Source: Candidatus Aenigmatarchaeota archaeon
Lineage (GTDB): Archaea > Aenigmatarchaeota > Aenigmatarchaeia > GW2011-AR5
Direction: 5' to 3'
Assembly (NCBI GenBank): GCA_016187335.1
Contig: JACPJW010000001.1
Span: 4,547 to 68,546 of the forward strand
Length of the DNA stretch: 64,000 nucleotides
Part shown: positions 56,300-64,000 of the stretch, piece after piece
Layout: each line of letters begins with the position of its first letter
Position numbering within the stretch: the first letter of the stretch is position 1
Translations under genes and position numbers: made by a program
The notes under the pieces: model-generated
Told to the model about the DNA's origin: nothing
The model's database searches: none
Seen by the model: the letters and a program-made list of their open reading frames with translations, nothing else

Positions 56300-57033
56300 G
56301 CCAGGGATTCGCCTCCGTCAACATTGTAGGCAGAACCTGTAACAAAGCTTGCGTCGTCCGAAGCCAGAAACAGGGCGACGTTCGCCACTTCTTCGGGTTT
56401 TCCCAGTCTCTTGAAAAGCGTGTGGTGGTCTATGTAATCTTTCAGGCCTTTTTTATCGAACGATTTTCTCAGCAATGGCGTGTCTATAGGCCCGGGACAG
56501 ATGCAATTAACCCTTATGTTCTGCTTTGCATAGGTCAGCGCCATTACCTTTGTCAGGTGTATAACCGCAGCCTTGGAAGCGCAATAAGCAGGCGATCCGG
56601 TTTCAGGAATTATTCCAAGCTCGGATGCAGTGTTAATAATAACTCCGGATTTTTTTCTTATCATTCCGGGGATGACGTATTTCGAGCACAGAAAAACTCC
56701 TTTCAGATTCACGTCGATGATTCTGTCCAATGTTTCCTCGGGAACCTCATGCAGAGGCATGTCTTCCCCGTAGATTCCTGCATTGTTGAACATAATATCA
56801 GTTTTGCCGTATTTTCTGAGCGTAGCTGAAACCAGGTTTTTTACGTCCTCGGGGTTGGAAACGTCGCATTTTACGAACAATCCTTTAATTTTATCCGCGA
56901 CCCGTTTCCCTTCCATCTCGTTTACATCAGCTACAACAACCTTTGCGCCTTCCTTGGCAAACAGCAGCGCGGTGGCTTTCCCTATTCCTGATGCGCCGCC
57001 TGTAACAATGGCAACCCTGTCTCTGAGTTTCAT
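56296..57033 (-). CDS. Short-chain dehydrogenase/reductase (SDR)
   Basis: VAIVTGGASGIGKA and YCASKAAV catalytic motif. Start at the internal MKLRDR. Confidence 0.8.
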   Translation of the reverse strand: MKLRDRVAIVTGGASGIGKATALLFAKEGAKVVVADVNEMEGKRVADKIKGLFVKCDVSNPEDVKNLVSATLRKYGKTDIMFNNAGIYGEDMPLHEVPEETLDRIIDVNLKGVFLCSKYVIPGMIRKKSGVIINTASELGIIPETGSPAYCASKAAVIHLTKVMALTYAKQNIRVNCICPGPIDTPLLRKSFDKKGLKDYIDHHTLFKRLGKPEEVANVALFLASDDASFVTGSAYNVDGGESLA

Positions 57034-57035
57034 AT

Positions 57036-57347
57036 TCAAACAACCTTCGGTCCCTTGAAAAATCCCTTCTCCTTGTGGTCGGTATTGAACAAGGCGCGCT
57101 CCTGCGTTATGCATTTTTCCGCGCTGTCTTCCCTCAAAACGTCGGCGAGCGGCAGCGGCTGGAACGACGGCTCCACATTCTTTGTATCAACACTATCGAG
57201 AACACGAAAAGCTGCAAGGATTTCGTTGAGGTCCTTCAGGAAGCGTTTTTTCTCGTCTTCTGTCAGGTCCAGGCGTGCCAGAGAAGCGACATGCTCGATG
57301 ACAGCTGGGGTTATCCCGCCTGTTTTTTTCTTGGTCTTCGGAAGCAT
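57036..57347 (-). CDS. gatC: Amidotransferase subunit C
   Basis: ITPAVIEHVASLARLDLTEDEKKRFLKDLNEIL, the GatC pattern. ~100 aa. Confidence 0.7.
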   Translation of the reverse strand: MLPKTKKKTGGITPAVIEHVASLARLDLTEDEKKRFLKDLNEILAAFRVLDSVDTKNVEPSFQPLPLADVLREDSAEKCITQERALFNTDHKEKGFFKGPKVV

Positions 57348-57382
57348 ACATTTTAATTGGAAATAAACTATAAAAATTAGAA

Positions 57383-57934
57383 ATGTCAAAACAAAAAGCT
57401 CTCTCGGAACTGAAAGCTTTTATGCTTCGCGCCTTTCCGGGCAGGAAGCTCGTTTTTGGTCATGACAGGCTGAACGCAAAGACAGCGCTTATAGGCGAGG
57501 CGCCTGGCAAAGAAGAAGAAAGGACAGGAAAGCCCTTCGTCGGCAGGGCGGGAAAGCTGCTTGATAAAGCTCTGGAAAATGCAGGAATCAGCCGCAGCGG
57601 TGCTTACATAACAAACGTCGTGAAATTCCGCCCAACCAAGGGCAAGGCGAACAGGAAGCCAAATAAAAATGAAGTCCAGGCGTTCGCTCCTTTTTTGATA
57701 AAAGAACTGAAAATAATAAAGCCGCGTGTCGTCTGCACTTTAGGCGCAACTGCACTTGAGGCTCTTACAGGCAGGAAGGAAATAACAAAACTTCGGGGAA
57801 AGATAATAAAAATAAAATCCGGCGGCCCGGTTTTGATTATTCTGCCGACTTATCATCCTGCTGCTGTCCTGCGCTTCCGCAGGCTGCAGGGAAAATTTTT
57901 CAGCGACATCAGAAAACTGAAGAAGCTTGCGTGA
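57383..57934 (+). CDS. udg: Uracil-DNA glycosylase, family 4
   Basis: GEAPGKEEERTGKPFVGRAGKLL motif. Confidence 0.8.
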   Translation: MSKQKALSELKAFMLRAFPGRKLVFGHDRLNAKTALIGEAPGKEEERTGKPFVGRAGKLLDKALENAGISRSGAYITNVVKFRPTKGKANRKPNKNEVQAFAPFLIKELKIIKPRVVCTLGATALEALTGRKEITKLRGKIIKIKSGGPVLIILPTYHPAAVLRFRRLQGKFFSDIRKLKKLA

Positions 57935-59335
57935 TTACTCCTTGTAGCCCATGAATCTCTGCTCCGCTTCTCTTCCCCAGTCAATGCTGCCCGCGGCGCG
58001 CTGCACGACCTCTGACGCCGCAGGATGTATATGCACGGTGCCGGCAAGCTGGTCTGCCGTCAGGCCGCATTTCATCGCGATGATTGCTTCATGTATCAGC
58101 GTGGGGGCTTCAGGACCCATAATGTGGCAGCCGAGGATTTTCCTGCTGCGCCTGTCGGCAAGGATTTTCGCAAATCCGTTTTCCTCCGCTATTGCCAGAC
58201 CCATTCCCGTGTCCTTGTAATGGTAAACCCCTTTTGCGTAATCCTTTTTCATCTCCTGCAATTCCTGCTCTGTATAGCCGGCAGCAGCAATCTGGGGCGA
58301 AGTGAATATGGCGTGCCCCATGGGCCAGTAATCAACGGGGTGCTTGTGCTTTGTAAAGGCATTGTGCCAGACGTATTCCGCCTCGAGGTTCGCGCTGTGC
58401 TTCAATAAGTATTTCCCTACAATGTCGCCGAGCGCCCACGTGCCCGGCGCTGTCGTTTCCAAGAATTTGTTGACCTTGACAAAGCCCTTCTCATTCACAG
58501 CGATGCCGCCTTTTTTAACGTCAAGCAGGTCCGTGTTCGGCACGCGCCCTGTCGCGACAAGCAGCGATTCCGCGCTGAGCTTTATCTGCCTTTTCTTCTG
58601 GTTTTCTGCAATAATGTAAATGCCGCCGGATTTTTTCTTCGCTTCCTTTGGCGTGTAGCCTAAAACTACTTTATGCTTTTTTGAAAACGCGTGCGTGAAT
58701 GCTTCAGCAATCTCCCTGTCCTCCTCGCGCAGCATCACGCTTCTCTGCAATATTGTAACCTTTGTTCCGAGAGCGCCGAAGAAGTGTCCCAGCTCAGCGG
58801 CGATGTACCCGCCGCCGAGAATTATCATTGATTTTGGCTGCTTCGTGATGCGCATTGCATTGTCGCTTGTCAGGTACTCTATGTCCTGCAGTCCTTCGAT
58901 TAGCGGCACCGAAGGCCTTGTGCCCGCGGCCACGACGACTTTCCTGCCGCGTATTTTCTTGCTGCCCACGGCGATCGTCCTTTCGCCGACGAAGCGCCCC
59001 CGCTTCTTGAAAAGCTCCATATTCTTGGCATGCCGGATGCTCTCCTCGATTTCCCTTGCTTCTTTATCAACAGCAGCGGACGCGCGCCTTGTTACTCTGG
59101 CAAAATCTATTTTCTGTATTTTAGAAATCACGCCGAACAGATGCGAAGTGCTTATGGTCTCCGCCACGTCCGCGGAATGTATTATCATCTTGCTTGGTAT
59201 GCACCCGCGGTTCAGGCACGTCCCGCCCATGGGACCTTCCTCGACTATTGCAACCGAGAGCCCTTGCTCCGCAGCGGCCGAGGAAATATGCAGCCCCGAG
59301 CCCGCGCCGATGACGATGACGTCGAATTCCTTCAT
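57935..59335 (-). CDS. FAD-dependent pyridine nucleotide-disulfide oxidoreductase (dihydrolipoamide dehydrogenase family)
   Basis: VIVIGAGSGL FAD motif, redox-active GGTCLNRGCIPSK, C-terminal dimerisation domain HPAASE. Confidence 0.75.
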   Translation of the reverse strand: MKEFDVIVIGAGSGLHISSAAAEQGLSVAIVEEGPMGGTCLNRGCIPSKMIIHSADVAETISTSHLFGVISKIQKIDFARVTRRASAAVDKEAREIEESIRHAKNMELFKKRGRFVGERTIAVGSKKIRGRKVVVAAGTRPSVPLIEGLQDIEYLTSDNAMRITKQPKSMIILGGGYIAAELGHFFGALGTKVTILQRSVMLREEDREIAEAFTHAFSKKHKVVLGYTPKEAKKKSGGIYIIAENQKKRQIKLSAESLLVATGRVPNTDLLDVKKGGIAVNEKGFVKVNKFLETTAPGTWALGDIVGKYLLKHSANLEAEYVWHNAFTKHKHPVDYWPMGHAIFTSPQIAAAGYTEQELQEMKKDYAKGVYHYKDTGMGLAIAEENGFAKILADRRSRKILGCHIMGPEAPTLIHEAIIAMKCGLTADQLAGTVHIHPAASEVVQRAAGSIDWGREAEQRFMGYKE

Positions 59336-59712
59336 TAGAAATAATTATGCAGAACTGCAAATAAAAGCGATGTTTAACACAAGCTTTTCCGTTTTGATAA
59401 ATTTTTGATGCAAATTTTTCCGTCACAAGCAGAACACCGTTCTGCTGTGCAACAGAAACGAAGTTTCTGTTTGCAACGATTTTTGCGAAGCAAAAAGGGT
59501 TGAAAGAAAGAGGGGCGGCCGGCAAGGGGACTTGAATTTTAGGTTCTTGTCCTCAAACCAGCCGCCGTCTTTCGTGGGGTGTGGTCAGTATCAGGGTGAA
59601 AATCCAACAGGCGTTTCTGCGCTGTCTGGACCTATCATCGCTGTTTTCTGGACAGCGAAGGAATCTCAGAAAATTTTATTTCCCGAGATGGATGATGACA
59701 TTTCCGTCTTTG

Positions 59713-61026
59713 CTATTTCTTCAATATTTTGATTCCGAGCTCTTTTTCCAGTGATTCCTGCTTCCTCGGCAGGGAGCCCATGATGTACGGCGATTTGACG
59801 CCCGTGATGATGGTGATGACCTGGACCTTGTGCGCAAATTCCGGCAGTATGCGCGCGCCCCAGATTACCTGCGCGCTCGGGTCCAGCTGCGACTGCACGT
59901 AGTTGCCTATCCTGTTCACTTCCTCCAGGCGCAAATCAGGCCCGCCCGTAACGTGAACCATTGCTCCCTTTGCGCCGTTGTAGTCGACGTTGAGCAGCGG
60001 GTGGTTCATGGCTCGCTGCACCGCAAGCTCAGCGCGGTCCTCGTCCTCGGCATTCCCTACGCCGATAGCGGCAACGCCTCCGTAGCGCATTATGGCCTTC
60101 ACGTCGGCGTAATCCAGGTTGATGAGGGACGGCTCGTAGATGGTCTCTGTTATCCCTTTTATCATTGAAGCAATCAGCCCGTCAGCAATGCCGAAAGCAG
60201 TCTTGAGCGGCAGGCTCTTGCCTAATTCAAGCAGTCGCTGGTTTTCTATGGCGATTACGGTGTCGCAGCTCTGGCGCAGCGCAACCAGGCCCTCTTCGGC
60301 TTTGACGGCGCGGGCGCCTTCCAGCTTGAGCGGCAACGTCACTGCAGCAATAACTATGGCGCCGGCATCCTTGGCAAATTTTGAGATAACAGGCGCGGCT
60401 CCCGTTCCTGTTCCGCCGCCGAGTCCGCATGTCACAAAAACCAGGTCTGTGTCCGCGAGCAGCTCCTTCAGTTCTCTTTTATTTTCCATGGCGGCGTTCT
60501 TGCCGACATCCGGATATCCGCCGGCTCCCAGGCCCTTTGTCAGGTTTTTTCCGATAAGCACCTTCTGCTGCGCCTTCGTTATGTGAAGGTGTTTTGCGTC
60601 AGTATTGACAGCCACGGTCATCGCCCCGCTCACGCCCTTTTCGGTCAGCGCGGTTATGGTGTTGTTCCCTGCGCCGCCGACGCCGATGACCAGGATGCGC
60701 GCCTTGAACGCTTGGAATTCTTGCACATTATCAAAAGTAAGCCCGCTGTTCTTCTTCGGCTCTGGTGGAACCTGCTCTACCACGGGTTCTGCTATGGGTT
60801 CTGCTGCAGGCTCTATAGAAATAGGCTCATTTTGTACAGCCGGTTGTGCTTCTTGCATATCAGGAACTACAACTTCTTGTATTTCTGCAGCAGGAAGTGT
60901 TTCCTGGCTTTCAGCAGAAAAAACCTCTTGAACAGGTTCAGCTGGCCCTGCTGCCGGCACTGACGCTTCCGCATTTTCAGCAGCCGCAGCCTCGGTATTT
61001 TCTGTTATTTTTTCTTCCTCGGACAT
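59713..61026 (-). CDS. ftsZ: Cell division GTPase FtsZ with ~110-aa acidic/Pro-rich N-terminal extension
   Basis: VIGVGGAGNN and GGGTGTGAAPV tubulin motifs. Start chosen at MSEEEK (ATG 61024-61026); the ORF continues upstream to 61203 without an obvious alternative. Confidence 0.85.
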   Translation of the reverse strand: MSEEEKITENTEAAAAENAEASVPAAGPAEPVQEVFSAESQETLPAAEIQEVVVPDMQEAQPAVQNEPISIEPAAEPIAEPVVEQVPPEPKKNSGLTFDNVQEFQAFKARILVIGVGGAGNNTITALTEKGVSGAMTVAVNTDAKHLHITKAQQKVLIGKNLTKGLGAGGYPDVGKNAAMENKRELKELLADTDLVFVTCGLGGGTGTGAAPVISKFAKDAGAIVIAAVTLPLKLEGARAVKAEEGLVALRQSCDTVIAIENQRLLELGKSLPLKTAFGIADGLIASMIKGITETIYEPSLINLDYADVKAIMRYGGVAAIGVGNAEDEDRAELAVQRAMNHPLLNVDYNGAKGAMVHVTGGPDLRLEEVNRIGNYVQSQLDPSAQVIWGARILPEFAHKVQVITIITGVKSPYIMGSLPRKQESLEKELGIKILKK

Positions 61027-61041
61027 GGTTCTCCCACGGTT

Positions 61042-61049
61042 GTATATAA
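61042..61049 (-). promoter_or_regulatory. TATA-box-like element for ftsZ
   Basis: TTATATA on the minus strand ~20-25 nt upstream of the chosen ATG. Confidence 0.3.
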
Positions 61050-61380
61050 CCGAAAATATACTTTCAGGCATCAAAAACTTCTTTTTAACCCCGTGATATA
61101 TTCCCATGTCCAAAGAATTAGTCCAAACGGTAAATATTTCCAAATTCGCTAGAAAATGTCCCAATTGTCCAACCGATTGTCCAGATCGGAAGTGCAATAA
61201 CATTACGTCCCTGTCCAGGGGATGTAACTGATTCTTTTTTCTTTACCCAAGTTAAAAAGGATTTGTTTACTGGAGCATATATGTTAAATTGGCGGGTGGT
61301 TTCCTGTTTTATTCTGAATGTTAACCTACGCGAGTTGTAAGGGAAGAGTAGCTTAACGGAACAGAAAGATGTAAATATAA

Positions 61381-61740
61381 TTAATCCTCTTTCTCTAACC
61401 ATGCTGTCTTGTTTTTTCCGTCGATTATCAGCTTGAAGCCGTGTTCAACAAGAAAGTTGATACCTATGAGATTAGGGGATTCAATACTTCCGTCCGTGTT
61501 TTCAATTGTGTCTCGTGTTGCCTTAAGCTCTTTAAAGCGCATCACATGAACACCTTCTTTACCATCATCATTTATTTTCTTGACCCAAAGAGTAACGTTT
61601 CGGACATAACCCATTTTGAACGGAGTTTCACCCCAGTAAATCAAATCCTTTTTTGTTCGGTATCTTATCGGTAAATTAAGTCTTTGGGAATCAGCGCCAC
61701 CAATAAATGTCGTTGGGCTTCCGGTATAAACATAATCCAC
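61381..61740 (-). CDS. Hypothetical protein
   Basis: 119 aa ORF in an AT-rich stretch. Confidence 0.3.
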   Translation of the reverse strand: MDYVYTGSPTTFIGGADSQRLNLPIRYRTKKDLIYWGETPFKMGYVRNVTLWVKKINDDGKEGVHVMRFKELKATRDTIENTDGSIESPNLIGINFLVEHGFKLIIDGKNKTAWLEKED

Positions 61741-61962
61741 CGACTAAAGTCGGTGGTATTTTGGAGAAATACCACATATCTTATTTGTGGATTATGTTAT
61801 ACAGAACATACCACTCATAATACCACCATCTGAAGATAGGTGGTATGTTCTTGTATCAATGGCAAAAAACAATCTACCCATTTTACCCATTCTTTCACAA
61901 AGCATTACACAGGAAAAGCCGATTTCATCTGTAAAAATCAGGGGGATCTTCATACTATATGT

Positions 61963-62211
61963 TTACCAGATAACAACAAAATCCTTTTCGGGTATGAATT
62001 TTATAACAAGCTCTGCCGGATTTTCTCCTCTTTTCTTAAGTTTTTTAATTAATTTATCTAGTTTCTTATCAGTTTCAATAACTTTCCCATCTTTAACTGC
62101 AACATATTCGTTCTTGTATTCTTTTCTTACGGCCTCTTTATTTTCTGTAAGCCAAAGAAAATCCTTTTCGAACGCTTTTAGTGATTCTAGAATTTGTGCC
62201 TCCTCTTCCAT
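61963..62211 (-). CDS. Small DUF5678-like protein
   Basis: EYKNEYVAVKDGKVIETDKKLDKLIKKLKKRGENPAELVIKFIP pattern seen in a family of small archaeal proteins. Assignment from memory. Confidence 0.4.
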   Translation of the reverse strand: MEEEAQILESLKAFEKDFLWLTENKEAVRKEYKNEYVAVKDGKVIETDKKLDKLIKKLKKRGENPAELVIKFIPEKDFVVIW

Positions 62212-62435
62212 TGGCGTTCCCTCTCGACCACTTTATTTTATTTGATTTTCCGTGATATATAAGCGTAGTTTTATATTTTTCTTATTAAACCACAAGATAC
62301 TTAAGCCGCTACCGCTCGCCAAGCTTACCGCTCCAAAAACCCTTTATCATCACTCGTTTCTTGAACGATAATGCTGGAGAATATATGTTAATCAGCCTCA
62401 TAAGGGTGCTTTGCACAAAAATTTTGCCTTAGAAT

Positions 62436-63575
62436 CTAAACCCTGCTTTCCAGGCTGAACAGCACAGGCGCCAGAACTACCGTCAGCACGATGAACGATA
62501 TCAGGATGGTGTAAATCTCACTGCTTATCAGGCCTTTCGTCAGCGCCACCTGCGAAATGACTATGCCGTACTCGCCGCGCGGTATCATGCCGACGGCGAA
62601 AATCCTCTGCGCCCTTCCGTCAAAGCCCGCGTAGCGCGACAAATAGCCGGAGCCGACAGCCTTTGCAGCGACGCCTGCGAAAAGTATGAGAAGTATGGTG
62701 TCGTAGTGCCTGAACATCGTAGGTATGTCAATGAAGACGGCGCTGTAGGCGAAGAACACGGGGATTATGAAATATCCCAGCGTGTTTATTTTAGGGGTGA
62801 TCAGCGAATCCTTCAGCTCGCTCCTGCTCAAAGCCATGCCGGCAAGGAACGCCCCGCTTATCGCCGCCAGGTGGATTGATTCGCTGACAAAGGCGACGAT
62901 GAAGACTATAGCCATCGGTATGGCAAGAAAAACCCCCTCGTCGTGCATCACTGTGAACATGTTGACGAAGCGGTTGATTATCTTGTCGCCCACTGCGTAT
63001 ATCAGGAATATGAATCCCAGAATAGCAAAGAAAAGCTTTGCCACGCCGTACAGGGAAATGCCCGCTCCTGAAAAGAATGCCACAAGCAGCGACAATGCAA
63101 GGATGGCTATTATGTCGTCAGCTATTGCCATTATGGCAAACACTTTGCCCATGCGCGTGTGATACTGCCCCCTGTCAATGAGTATTTTCAGCGGTATTGC
63201 CGTGCTCGTTGAAATCATCGCGACGCCGACCACGATGCCGGTTTTCCAGTCAGCGAAAATCAGGTCGCCCATCAGAAAGCCTGCCATGAACGTGAGCAAA
63301 GCCCCGCTGAAGGCAAGAGCGGAGCCGGTGTAAATGTCCCTCTGCAGATCCTCGAATTTCGTTTCCATGCCTATGAGGAACGCAAGAATCATGATGCCCA
63401 GAAGAGAAAATATCTCCAGAGCCCCGCTGGGATGAACCAGGCCGAGGACAGGCCCGGCAATAAGTCCTGCAGAAATCTGTCCCACAAGCGGGCTCATTCT
63501 CATCCTGCGGGTTATTTCCCCGAGGACGGTCGCGAGAAGTATTATCGTGCCCAGGTCCAGCAGCAGCTCGGACAT
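62436..63575 (-). CDS. Cation:proton antiporter (CPA/Kef-type Na+/H+ exchanger family)
   Basis: ~12 TM helices in a 379 aa protein with a typical CPA hydrophobic pattern. Confidence 0.65.
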   Translation of the reverse strand: MSELLLDLGTIILLATVLGEITRRMRMSPLVGQISAGLIAGPVLGLVHPSGALEIFSLLGIMILAFLIGMETKFEDLQRDIYTGSALAFSGALLTFMAGFLMGDLIFADWKTGIVVGVAMISTSTAIPLKILIDRGQYHTRMGKVFAIMAIADDIIAILALSLLVAFFSGAGISLYGVAKLFFAILGFIFLIYAVGDKIINRFVNMFTVMHDEGVFLAIPMAIVFIVAFVSESIHLAAISGAFLAGMALSRSELKDSLITPKINTLGYFIIPVFFAYSAVFIDIPTMFRHYDTILLILFAGVAAKAVGSGYLSRYAGFDGRAQRIFAVGMIPRGEYGIVISQVALTKGLISSEIYTILISFIVLTVVLAPVLFSLESRV

Positions 63576-63694
63576 GAAAGTAATTACGCCGCTTCAATAT
63601 TAAAAGAAAGGGCTCGGGACGGCAGTAAAACAGGAATTTTTGACAAATTCACCACTTAATCATAGTTTAAATTTCTAACGGTTAATGACAAAAC

Positions 63695-64000
63695 ATGGCA
63701 GACCTTGCATACAGGCTTGCAGAGCATGAAAGAATACTAAGAAGGCACGAACAACTTCTGCAAGTAATTGCCACTATGCGTGGATACGAAGAATATTTGG
63801 AAGATCATTCTCATTACAGGGATGAAGTTGACATTTTAACAGACGGTGCTACGGTCAAGAAGAGACGCAAAGTCGCGCAGAAAATCCTTCCAATAGTTTT
63901 TAGAAGTCCGGAACCATTGCGAATATACAGGCGCGAACCCATTTCGCATCCGAAATTCGGAAATCCTCTCAGATGGTTAGAAAATAATTTGCAAGAAATG
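63695..64000 (+). CDS. Hypothetical protein, 3'-truncated by window edge
   Basis: ATG at 63695; 102 codons open to the end of the window (MADLAYRLAEHERILRRHEQLL...). Confidence 0.3.
   Translation, partial: MADLAYRLAEHERILRRHEQLLQVIATMRGYEEYLEDHSHYRDEVDILTDGATVKKRRKVAQKILPIVFRSPEPLRIYRREPISHPKFGNPLRWLENNLQEM

Noticed and set aside
59369-59712. RNase P RNA or SRP RNA in the ftsZ upstream region
   Set aside because: An AGGGUGAAA-like stretch is present, but the universally conserved P4 (GGAAAGUCC-like) and SRP helix-8 (GGAAGG.AGCA-like) motifs were not found. Only 'possible structured RNA' is reported.
1-64000. rRNA genes, CRISPR arrays, integrase/transposase genes
   Set aside because: No sequence resembling 16S/23S/5S conserved cores, no regular repeat-spacer arrays, and no ORF with integrase (R..H..R..Y) or DDE transposase signatures was seen. 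The islands therefore lack an identifiable mobility gene.

Overview
This 64 kb window reads as an archaeal chromosomal segment, possibly a DPANN-like lineage; the lineage guess rests only on gene content and intron-rich tRNAs. Housekeeping genes include a type II P-type ATPase, RNase Z, archaeal AspRS, malic enzyme, RNase HII, Pus10, r-protein L21e, Rpo4/RpoF, a DUF655 protein, class I LysRS, TrmY, ZupT, NikR, an ABC exporter, a gatC-gatA-gatB cluster interleaved with SDR/NUDIX/HAD genes, family-4 UDG, an Lpd-like flavoprotein and FtsZ. These are interrupted repeatedly by accessory material. (1) Several tandem paralogous families of large secreted, Cys-rich or Pro-rich surface proteins, one pair inserted into the otherwise conserved L21e-RpoF-DUF655 cluster. 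(2) An M23 peptidase, a tail-fibre-like secreted protein and a DUF2268-like Zn-protease. (3) Toxin-antitoxin modules: HicB with a frameshifted hicA, VapBC, an AbiE-like NTase/HTH pair, and a solo PIN gene inserted between a gene and a duplicated 3' fragment of that gene. (4) Three unusually long, intron-containing tRNA genes plus an orphan tRNA 3' fragment. (5) AT-rich islands. (6) A recurring ~30-bp element with a 19-bp palindrome (AAACTTTTCnGAAAAGTTT) that brackets the P-type ATPase and recurs near a tRNA-like fragment and inside a CDS. No rRNA, CRISPR array, integrase or transposase was recognised. Coordinates of tRNA exon/intron boundaries and several start codons are approximate because they were worked out by eye.
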